NCBI GenBank assembly: GCA_022605425.2
Contig: JAKIMF020000007.1
Coordinates: 682,001-746,000, forward strand
Direction of reading: 5' to 3'
DNA length: 64,000 nucleotides
DNA from: Hamiltosporidium tvaerminnensis FI-OER-3-3
Lineage: Eukaryota; Fungi; Microsporidia
Shown here: positions 12,923 to 23,564 of the stretch, piece after piece
How positions within the stretch are numbered: the first letter of the stretch is position 1
Layout of the letters: each line of letters starts with the position of its first letter
The notes under the pieces: generated by a model
The model's database searches: none
What the model was told of the DNA's origin: nothing
The model's input: the letters and a program-made list of their open reading frames with translations, nothing else
Program-made: the position numbers and the translations under genes

Positions 12923-12997
12923 TATCCATCATAGTAATTCGTATAATAGAGATTTTTAAAATTTTTATATCCATCATAGTAATTCATATAATAGAGA
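12923..12997. repeat. Tandem duplication of ~30 bp upstream of RVB1
   Basis: tatccatcatagtaattc(g/a)tataatagaga at 12923-12952 and 12968-12997. Confidence 0.85.
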
Positions 12998-13394
12998 ATT
13001 AAATTAAAAGTTATTTCTCATTTTTATATTTTATGATTCAAAATTTTACAAAACAAATCAATTAATAATGAAATGGTAAAGTTATTTTTCTTGTTCATTA
13101 AAGAAAACCAACAATATATCATAAGTTTAAATTACAATGACATAGTAAGATCAAACGTTTTTTAATATTTTATGATCGAAGTATAAATGCATTCCCACTC
13201 TTAAGGAGTAATTAACTTTAAGATTACTTGTTGTGACTTTAGAATTTTCTTACTTTGCCTAAAATTTCCAAAAATTAAAAAACAATAAAATAAAATAAAA
13301 TTACCTATAAAGAAGAAAAGATTTATTTAATAGCTTTGAACTAAAAAATAAAATAATAGGAATTTTATATTTAAAAATACAATTTATAAATTTC

Positions 13395-13544
13395 TTATTC
13401 ATCTATATTTTCTCGAATTTCATCTTTCACAAATAAATTTATTGTCTCATCAAACATCCAATTTATTTCTTGATTATCTACAAATTCTATTAAATGTAAA
13501 TGATCTTTATCTTCTTTAATACTTCTAGAAGCAGGTGAAGTCAT
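13395..13544 (-). CDS. Small 49-aa acidic protein, below the ORF-track cutoff
   Basis: MTSPASRSIKEDKDHLHLIEFVDNQEINWMFDETINLFVKDEIRENIDE*; preceded by accCTTGA-ATG (CCC motif), co-oriented upstream of RVB1. Confidence 0.6.
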   Translation of the reverse strand: MTSPASRSIKEDKDHLHLIEFVDNQEINWMFDETINLFVKDEIRENIDE

Positions 13545-14029
13545 TCAAGGGTTGATTATGAATATATAATATAGATGGTTAAATCAATAAATATATTAAA
13601 GATATTATGAAAAGTCAATAAGAATTTATATTAATAGTTTGTAAACGGGTAATCAAATTTTTTATAATTAATTCGAATTTTATTTTTAGTATAAATTTTA
13701 GTATAAATTATAACATAATAATGGTAATCATATTCGATATATTCATTACAAAAGCTTTTTTTAAGTAAATTTGTAAATATTAAAAAAAAATTTATATAAA
13801 TTTTCGTATTAAAATGAAGAAACCAATAAATTTATATTTTATGAAACAAACAAATTTAAATGAATTATATTTAACTACTATAATAACAAATTAATAGCTG
13901 ATATGAATTTTTAAATCGTAATTTTAAAAATCTAAGAACTGTTTTCGGTTGTAAAATCAAAATAAAGATTTAAAAAAATAATTTTCAAAGTTTAATTATG
14001 AATTCTATTTAAATAGAACAAAGGTTTTT

Positions 14030-14430
14030 AGATGAAAGATATAACATGTTTTCACAACAATGGCATATTTAATACTGCTTTCATGAAATTATCGCAGTTT
14101 GAATTGAAAATCGAAGACTGCTCTTCAATACAACATCGGTACTTCTACAATACCTACATTCAAATCTTCCCATCTAAAAGATGTTTGGAAGCTATTTTAA
14201 TGAAATGAATTGTACGAGATTGGTTAATGTACGTTACCTGGGATTTTATAGAAGAGATAAACTCACTTATAGGCACCATCGATATTAGCGGCCTTTTCAC
14301 TTGATCAACTTTTTCAAACTAAATAAAAACGGATTATATAAATATCGGTTCTTAAATTCGTTCACCTAGACGCTTCAATGTCAAATCATATTATAACCCT
14401 GCCTTTATCAGCTTTCTGATTGTAAATATG
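14030..14430 (-). mobile_element. Highly diverged partial (3' half) copy of the ~740-nt SINE-like element
   Basis: Colinear matches: tttcatgaaattatcgcagtt, catcggtac, atacctac, gttaatgtacgtt, cacctagac, caatgtca. Confidence 0.65.
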
Positions 14431-16559
14431 TTTTTATTTTCGTACCTTCCAGGTTCTTGAGCCCTCATTCTTCGAACCTGAATGTAGAAGACTGGGTTTT
14501 CATCTATTTTCTAGAGTACTTATTTACAATTTCAGCCATAATTTTCTGTCTTATTAATTTAAAACCTGCTTATCATTATAGTGGAAAAACTTCAGTTTTT
14601 TATAAACCTTATTCTCTTTGCCTAATTTCCAATGTTTCCATCATAAATAGAGTGGTTTTCATGCCCAAAAATACAAATAATTATTATCACAGTTAGTTCT
14701 CTTTATATTTGCAACGCAGATAATTTTGAATGTGCATATGCTTTCTCCAAACTATGCTACACATTGAAATACTCAATTAGTGCAAAATACAAATTTTTAT
14801 TCATAGTGAGAATATTAATTTAAAGGGAAATCTAATTTGTAAAAAGCATCATACATTAATTATTTGAGAATTTGTACAAAAATTTCCGTTAGAAAACTCT
14901 TTCTCTAATAATAGTTTAAAAAATATAGATTTTGATGATTTCTCAATATAATTTTTTAAAATATTACCATCTGAATATATGAATTATAGCACTAGTCAGT
15001 GTTAATTATCTTTTTATGATTTACAAAAGCATTCGAATTATTTTGGTTCTTTCAGCTAAAAAATTCGATCTAAATTTTGTGTATAATTTTTTTAATATAC
15101 AGGAACTATATATTTTTTGATATTATAAATATGGGTTTTGTTCGTAAATTAGTCAAAAGAACCTGTGATACACGCTCGACGCTGTATCACTGATTACTTT
15201 TGCAAAATTCAGGACCCAAATAATAAATATAAAAAATTTCCATTTATATTATTTTATTGTGGTTGGAATATGGGCCTTAATTTTCTAAATTAATTTTTAT
15301 GTGCTCATAAAAAAAATGATGATCAAGAAAATTGATTCAATTTACTTTAGAAACAGAAAAGTAAAATACATTTTTATAAGCAATTTATAACAGATTCAAT
15401 TGATATTAGGAAAAATACAATAAGAAACCACGTTATACTACTATTGCATAGAACGAAATACAATATACTCTTCTGGTAAAATACTATTTTCGGTAAATAA
15501 CTAATTGATATTTAGGACACATACTACGTTTTTATTAAAATACATAACCTTCATTTTATTGCCTAGTTTTGTAAAATTTCATACCTCGTAAAAAACTTAT
15601 TAAAAAAAATAATAATTAACAAATAAATAATTTGAGGTAAATTTGTGTGAATGCAGTTTGCTTTCATTTTTTAATGTAATAATCTAGATTTATTTAATAG
15701 AAATCTAGTTTGAAAATTTCGTCTACCTTCTTAGCCATCAAATATTATTTTTCTGCATCCGAAACTTTATTTATATATAAATTAGTTTTTCTAGTGCAGT
15801 GGTTCTTAATCGGGGTGCAGGATATTTTTAAGGGATGCAGGTAAAGTCATTGCCAAAAGCTTAAGCACATTTAGAGATAATAGTTATAGTTTTTTTGATC
15901 AAACTAGAAATATGCTATGATTAAGAATAAATAAAAGAAATTGTATAGGAATAGTTCGTCGCTATGCATAAGATCACCATCAAACAAATATATAGTCGTA
16001 TAAATTGTCGCTCTTGCGTATCAGCGAAAGGATCTGAACTTTTCTGAAAACCTAGACTTTTTATCACATTCCCTTTTCTTTCTATGAGTCTACCATTAGC
16101 GTCTTCGGCAATTATTCGAAAACCCATTTGAAACGGATACGTGTAACATATTTATAGTTTTAAAAGGGAATGTTTCTTACCAATTTAGACATTCTTAATT
16201 GCGCAGTGACTTAAGCAGAAGGAATATTATATGGATAACAAACGTAAGTAATTTTCTCATAAGTAGAAATAACATTTTGTTAATTTTTTTATGGGAATTT
16301 TAGACAGTTAGATTAATTTCGAAATAATTAAATTAACTGATCCCTGGGAACCCATCTATGTCAAAAAACGCTAATGAAATAATAAGTTTTCTGCTTATCG
16401 ATTCATTTGTATACCAAAAAAAGATGATACTTAAGGAGCTCAATGTATTTTACGGCCCCAAAATATTTTCAAACAGCAATCACAAACTTAGAGTCATAAG
16501 AGCATTTCAACAATCAGCATGGCGGTGAAGGTACGCATAGCACGAACTGATTGAAATAA

Positions 16560-16990
16560 AAAAAAACTTAAATTGATTGCGGGGGTACTCTTAAAATTAT
16601 ACAGGTAAGAAATTCAAATGTTCTGTTTAGAGACTTCCTAACAAAAGGCATATTTGTGTGCAATAAAAAAACTTCATACGAAAGCCCAGAAATTTATAAA
16701 AGCTTGCGATTAATAATAGCTAAAACATTATTAAATTCCTCAGTACATAATATAATCCAGCAGATTCTTTTATCGAATGGTATAATTTAATCGCGAATTA
16801 AAGATCATATCATTTATATAATTAAATAAGTCCCGAACGACGGCGTCGACTCACCTCGAAATGTTTAATTGGTTAAAAGAAATTAAGACATCAATAATAG
16901 TGCTCCAAATAAGATATTTTTCTTTCTATTTGTTCATAAATCTCATGCAACCAATAATATTGTTTAGAAGGAACATAAAACAATTGAAAG
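16560..16990 (+). mobile_element. Possible Penelope-like element remnant (GIY-YIG tail plus terminal repeat)
   Basis: YTGK and RLIIAKTLL remnants; 16830-16990 recurs inverted at 44880-45040. Confidence 0.35.
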
Positions 16991-17227
16991 ATTTTATTTG
17001 TTCAAAAAAATATTTGAAATAAACATTGTGCCGTGATTTTCGGGAAGGCAGATAAAATTGAAGTATGTATCCAACAAGGAGATCGTCTTCCTGCTCACCA
17101 TTCCTCTGTTGTTGTAAAGTAAAGAATTGTTTTTAGAATATTTGTCTTTATTAATTTTGTTCATGATGGCATACCTCTCCTTTTTATTTTAAAATATGGA
17201 ATAAAAATATTATATTTTGTGATATAA

Positions 17228-19587
17228 GAAGGTGTTAGTGTTTACAAATATTTAGGAATAATAGAAGATAGCAGAGGAATCCCAACACTTAGCTCATTTG
17301 AAGAAGTACAGAGCAAACTTATATCAAGAGTTGAAAGACTTTGTCACCCTAGATTAAATGCAAAAAATTTATTTTCTGCAATCAATCAACATGCGATATC
17401 GTTAATCAACTACCACATAGGAGTACTTCGACTTGAACCGGCTGACTTCTCTAAGTTAGATGATGCAGTGCGTGCGGTGTTGCTGAAGAATAAAATACAT
17501 CTCCGCCCAGGATGTAAAGAGCGTTTATACCTTTCCAGAACAGAACTTGGAAGAGGCCTACATAGTGTTGAGTTGCGAAGCGAACATATGCTTCTGCAAC
17601 TCTTGGATTGTCTGGAAAAAAGTAAAGAAATATCAACTAGACGAGCAGCAATCCTCAAGGTGGAGAATAATAATAAAACCCATCTTGCACTAATAAAAGG
17701 CTTCTTAAAAGTAAAGTACAGGTTGGTAGAAGAAGTCACTAAGAAAAGTTTAGAAGAAGCTCAACTTGCAAAACTATATAACGAAATAGAAAAACGAAAA
17801 CTACATTCAAAGTTATATAATGCAAGGAAAAATGAGCTTGTGAGTGTTAGTGACTCTTCAAGATGGCTAAAGAGAGGAAATATTAGGCCACGAAATGAAG
17901 CTGTGTTCTGCTATATCCAGGATAGAAATGTATTCCGGGGAGCAGATGGTGTGTGTCAACATTGCGGGAAGTCTGGTAAGACTGTAGATCATCTAGCAAC
18001 TAGATGTGAAAAAATGCTAGGCCGTGACTATACCAGACGGCATAATGAAGTGGTTAGATGCCTACACTTACTTCTTCTAAATAGATATAAGTTTAAGTCT
18101 TCCAAACGAATAAAGAGTCACTCAGTTCAAGAAATTCTTGATAATCAGTATGCAGAGATAAGAGTGGACACCAGAATTAAAACTGATGTTAAAATTCGGA
18201 ATAACAGACCGGACATATTTATTTTAGATAAGAAGAAGAATAAGATAACACTCATTGAAGTAGGAATCACTTCCCAAGATTCACTTCAAATAGTTGAAAC
18301 TGAAAAACTTAGGAAGTATGACCTGCTATCCAATGAGTTAGGTCTTATTTATAAGTGTAGTGTTGAGATAATCCCCTATGTGATGACCTGGGACGGTATT
18401 GTGACAAAATACCATAAATCTCATCTTAAAAGACTAGAAATACTCACGAATGTAGAGGCATACATTCAGTCTATAGTACTTAAGAAAACAGTCGAAACAA
18501 TTTCCTTTGATCGACGAAGAGGACTTGAGTCAGGACTAAATGCGGAAGAGAGCTGGGAGAGAGCGTCAATGGGTGTTATTATGAGATCAGAGATGCATGA
18601 GAAACCAATACCCCCTTTAAAAGAAGCGAAAAGAGAGGAAGATGGTGTTAAAACTTTAAAACCAAAAAATAATACACCCCTTATTTCACAAGGAGGAACC
18701 ACTTTAGAGGAACCGACCAATAACATAAATGAAGAGTCGGATTTGGAAGAAGAGACAATAGTGGTTAAAGAGGTAGAAGAAAACATATAAAAATGTTAAA
18801 ATATTTTAACCCAGAATTTTATTAAATATACAAAGAACTTTATTTAAAAGTATCACATCTTTTTTAAAACAGTGGCAAGTGTTATATTTGTTTTCATGAC
18901 ATTAACGCAGTTCTAGGTTTAACATAAATAACTGCTACCCCAACACTCCATCGGTAACCCCTGCGATACCTACGCCCCAAAGCCTTTCATCTACCAGGTG
19001 TGTAGAACCTAATTAATAGGCGAGGCAGTTGCCCGGAGTTCGTTAATGTCCGTTGCATGGAGTGTGATCGAAGGCCGAAGCCCCCCCTGGGCTCCCCCAA
19101 GACTATGCAGCATTCCCACTTACTCTACACTTTCTGAACCCAATAAACTTCTAGCTAAGATATATTTCAGAGATTTACATGGGGTCCACCTAGACAGTGC
19201 AATGTCATACCAACAGGTATAACCTGCTACTTAGCTCTCCCGGCTTTATTCGTTTTTTGTTTTATATCTCCCAGGCGCTAAGTCTTCTAACCCGAGTGAG
19301 CAAGGCTAGGTTTCCATGCTTTTACATGGCAATTACCTACATATTCAGCTGCGGTCTGCAATCTGGTTACATAAAAAACTACAAATAAATTTGTAGAAAA
19401 AGTTTCTCCATTTCTTAGACCTCTCCTTCATAACAACTCCCATGGAACAACCGAAGATGTAGTGTGGTTTTATTCCCACCAAAAATCCAAACAATGATCT
19501 CACACCAGTTTCACACACTCATTGCCAAGCAGAAAGTTTTTTATGTGGTTATCCTCCCTCCACTTAGAATTTTATTAAATAAATTTT
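17228..19587 (+). mobile_element. 5'-truncated R4/Dong-like RLE non-LTR retrotransposon, with the SINE-like element inserted in its 3' tail
   Basis: ORF 17468-18790 with CCHC knuckle, RHN and RPDI..IEVG endonuclease motifs; 15-bp TSD tattttgtgatataa at 17213-17227 and 19588-19602. Confidence 0.93.
18829..19565 (-). mobile_element. ~740-nt non-coding SINE-like retroposon
   Basis: 16-bp TSD agaattttattaaata at 18813-18828 and 19566-19581; no long ORF; GC-richer than flanks; multiple dispersed copies. Strand inferred from the TTAAATAAA end. Confidence 0.9.
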
Positions 19588-19619
19588 TATTTTGTGATAT
19601 AAATAATATCACACATTGT

Positions 19620-20340
19620 AAAAGGGTTTCCAGATTTTAGTATTTATAAAGAATAGCATGATATATTTGTTTTTTCACTGTTTCTATAGTATTCTGCTTA
19701 AAAAAAGTTTAAATTTATTTGAAAAAAATTCTTTTCTAAGAACTTACAGTTACATAAAAAATTTTATGATGCAAATGATGCTTTTTTGCCGTTCTTCCGT
19801 GCAACTTCATTTATATATATAATAATAATTGCATAATACAAATTTGCTTGAATAGCTTCATGGAAATTTATACTTGATTAAATCAAAAGATTTTTAATAG
19901 AAACGATTAAGAATTTATGCAATAAATAAATATAATAATAAAGTATATAGTTAAAAGAACAGTGTTTTCGGACAAAGGAAATACTTCATCTGAATAAATT
20001 TCTTCGAAAGAAGATAGAATTGGATAAAAATAAAGGGAAATTGAACAGGCTAAGCATCAAAAGCTGAGCTGAAGTTTTGAAAAATTGAAATTAAATAAAA
20101 AAACAACAGAAGAATATGCTAATTGAAAAATATCTAAATTTTATTGAAAAATGTCTGAAGACTACTAAAAATGTGATATAAAAGACGAAAAAATATACGA
20201 GAAGCAGACTAGGTGCAAACATAAAATTTTTATTTGAAATGTTAAGAACCTATAGCTTAGATAGGGAATTTTAAGATTATTTATAGATTTTTGGCTATGA
20301 ATGTAAAAGAAATTTCGTTTCTACGAGCTTAGCGTCTAGT
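19620..20340 (+). repeat. Degenerate dispersed repeat of unknown family
   Basis: Colinear with the reverse complement of ~44140-44810 (ttttctaagaa.ttacagttacataaaaaatt; aaaaaatatacgagaa). Confidence 0.6.
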
Positions 20341-21819
20341 TAAAGATATTTTACTGAAATAATAGATACAAAAAGTAGTTCCACTAAAGATAAGTATATA
20401 ATTAGACTAGTCAACTAATGTTGAAAATTAGAGCCGGCTGCTAGTATCTGTGCGATACCTAAAAGAAACAGAAATTATATAGGAATGCTATTTTTTGAGT
20501 CACTGGCGTTGAACTTCGGGAGAAGATAAAATTTTAATCGCATAAATTTTTTTTAATATAAATTACAATTGAGAAGGATAGGCTCAATATTCCCTGATTG
20601 GCCTTCAGAATGTTAAGAAAAAATTCTGTATTTTTTACATATGAAAAGGAAATTACTTCAGGTTGCAATAACACTTTGCGGATTACATCGCTATTGTTTT
20701 TGACTTAAAAGCTTCGTAATAAATTTTAAAAAATCACCTGATTACCGCAATAGACTTAGTAAGATTTATCCGTGGATGAGGTTCAAATCATTAGATTTAC
20801 GTATTTCTCTGTAAAAATTTTCGTGCTGCCATGCCGATCTTCTATACCATACAGAAATACGATAGCTTTCTAAAGGCCGCATGTTTAGCTAAGTTCTTGT
20901 AATTATGGGAAGAAATTATTTAGTTACTGACTCCTTGAAATAGTGAAGTAATAAAGAATTTTTATCGTAAGGACGCCTGTCTCAAACTAGTCTCTAGTAG
21001 ATATATACAGCCACTCAAATGAATTGAAAATACCATCTAGAGATGGAGAAAAATATAATAGCTAGTAAAAAAATTATTTTTATACAATGAAAAACTAGAA
21101 ATTTGGGCAAGTTGAGTTGAAGGTGGAAATTTTTTAAACTTTCCTTGCTTGATTCAATTGTTGTAGAAACTGAAAAAAAACACAATTGTACCCGACATTG
21201 CATGTTTTTTATATCATTGTGTGAATCATACGATGAAGCATTTTCTACTCTAAAATTTCCAGAACTCAAAAATGAATACAGAATCCATTTCTTTATAACC
21301 TAAATTCTATAGATGGCTAATGATACAAAAATAGAAAATCTTATCAAAATACGAGAAAGTTGATATATTCAAAATGGCATTCGAACTACTAGAATTACAG
21401 ATATTCTTGTGTACAGGGTTAGAAGGTTTTCCAAGTTGGCAAAAGAGGCATTGAAATTACTTTTACATTTGCTACTATTTACTTGTGTGAAATAGGCTTT
21501 TTCCTCACTTTTGGACATCGAAACCAAAGCGAGAAATACTTTAACTCCAAGTGATGACTTATGCGTGTCTCTTTTATAAAATAAGGCTCGGTTCACAAAT
21601 GTTATAATAATTAAGCAAAAAAAATCTAATTATAAAATAAAATATACTTTTACGTATTTGTAATCTGATATTTACATTTCTTTTAAATTCTCAACATATT
21701 TTCGAAAATTGAAATACCTGTTCATTGGGAGTGCCGAGACCAACTTCCAAATTCAAGGAGTTCGGCCACTTAAAAGGTTAAGAACCAATGCTTTAGTGTG
21801 TAGTACATCCCACAGAAAT

Positions 21820-22150
21820 AAAAGGTGTATTTGTTGTTTAACGCATGACGACCCATTTTTCGTGTTTCCGTTATTTTAAATGGGTATTGGTTGTTTATGC
21901 ACCCCAGTACCTTAGTAACGCCACTTACCGCTCCCTGGCTATATCGAAATTTTTTTCTCGACTAATGCCCGCTTCATCTATCATGATAAATTGATTTAAT
22001 CGTTGCTTAAGTCTACTGACCCAATGTAAATCTCTACATTTATGAGTATTTTCAGCCTTTTAAGATACTTCATGTATATTTTGCTAAAATATCTTCTAGG
22101 TTATTACAGAAGAAATTATATCCACACTATTTATAAACAAGACTTAAATA
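21820..22150 (-). mobile_element. IS630/Tc1-like transposase remnant
   Basis: QFIMIDEAGIS motif on the minus strand at ~21960-21995. Confidence 0.35.
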
Positions 22151-23180
22151 GTCGGCTAATAGGTCATCCTTCCTAGGGTTGTCTGTTTAATTATCCGAAG
22201 TGGATTCTGAGGGAGAAATTCCTACTTCAATACGTGCTACCTTATTCTTCTGTTATCAAAACAAATATATCAGATTTTTATTCTGAATTTGAACATCGGA
22301 TTTTATTCGGGTGTCTTCTCTTATCTCCGCAACTCATTTTCATAAATTTCCTGAACTGGGTCACTTCTAATTCGTTTTGAATATTCAAATTTATATCTAT
22401 TTAGAAAGAGTAACTCTATGCATCCTACCTCTTTGTTGTGTCATCTAGTATAGTCATTACCAAGTATTTTCGAACAATTTGTCGCTACACGATCTAAGGC
22501 CTTTATAGGTTGTTTTAATGTTGACACAACCTTCTGCTCACCAAAATACTTTCTATTCTGAACATAGCAGAACAATGTTCTTCGCCCGGTCTTATCCTTA
22601 TATTCTTGAACCCTCTTAAGGAGTCATTAATATGTATTAGTTTGACATTTTTCAGAAGTATATAAATTTGATTGAAGTTTTCGTTTTCCATTTCACTACA
22701 TAAGTTAGCTAGTTGAGTTTCTTCTAATTTCTTCTTTTTGATTTCCTCTGTTATCCGTATTTTAAATGTAAAATGTCTTTATAGGCCAAAATAGATGTTA
22801 TGATTATTCTTTACGTTTAGGATGCTTGCTCTCTTAGTCGATAATTCTTTGTACCTTCTAGATAATATAAGAGTTGCATTTTCGTTTTTTAACTCGAAAT
22901 ATCCAAGGTTCTTCTAGGTTTTTACAAGAAAGGTATAAATGGTTTTTAAACCCGTACTCAGATATATTTTGTTTTTTACTAACATTGCTTTTACTGCATG
23001 CTAACTCAATGAATTCAGCCAGCCCAAGCCGAAGTACTACTATATAATATTTTATTAAGGCAATTGGCTGTTGATTGATAGCTTTAAAGTGAATAATCGA
23101 ATAAATTTAATCTACATTGCCCAAATGACCTATGTGTTGTGAGATTAAACTGCTGCATTTTATTATTTCAAGGTATTTTC
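22150..23180 (-). mobile_element. Degenerate RLE non-LTR fragment
   Basis: GNDYTR.HN, KRIRS and IEVGISP remnants; mirrored at 56860-57725. Confidence 0.8.
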
Positions 23181-23564
23181 AATAACCTAAACCCCAAGAA
23201 GAGCAGGAGTAATTATTATATAAATTAAAATAAATGGGGCAATCGGATAACATCAAACTATAAACCATAATATACGATCTTTTTAAATAAAGTATATTAA
23301 TACTCAAATACTTTGATAAAATCTTAAAATATTAAAACCGTTAATTGAACTTAAGTAGATTAATAACCCCGAATTTCTCTTACTTCTGTTAAAACAAGAA
23401 ATTATGATTTTTCATATTTAAATATTTTTTAGATCTACAAAGCGAATAATTATTTGCTTGTAAAATCACTTTCATGAATAATTAAATTTCCACATACCAT
23501 ATTTACTTGTAAAATCCGTATCAGATTGTTTTCAAAACAATTTAGAATACTGAAATCCCTATTT

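Larger units (their letters stand above)
15797..21790 (+). mobile_element. hAT (Buster/Charlie-like) transposon, degenerate, with nested insertions
   Basis: TIRs cagtggttcttaa / ttaagaaccaatg; 8-bp flanks ttctagtg / ctttagtg with central TA; motifs LLYHTEIR*LSKG (~20840) and FATIYLCEIGFSSLL..TKARN (~21470). Confidence 0.88.

Noticed and set aside
19095-19170. Group I intron R/S-like words (AGACTA ... AAGATATA) in the SINE-like element
   Set aside because: P7 cannot form (UAUUUC rather than UAGUC), the words are not conserved in other copies, and TSDs argue against an intron
19300-19320. Telomerase RNA template-like AACCUAGCC (for TTAGG)
   Set aside because: Mismatch to AACCUAACC and not conserved among copies
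19197-19388. Recurrent short ORF MQCHTNRYNLLLS (also 28626-28823, 51222-51419)
   Set aside because: GTG start, frame not conserved between copies after the first ~20 aa, absent in diverged copies; a by-product of the repeat
19440-19565. 5S rRNA-, twister- or HDV-like origin of the SINE-like head
   Set aside because: Only short word matches (ACCAC, UGGGAAUA, AAGUGGAGGG); the required P3/L3 or twister core could not be built
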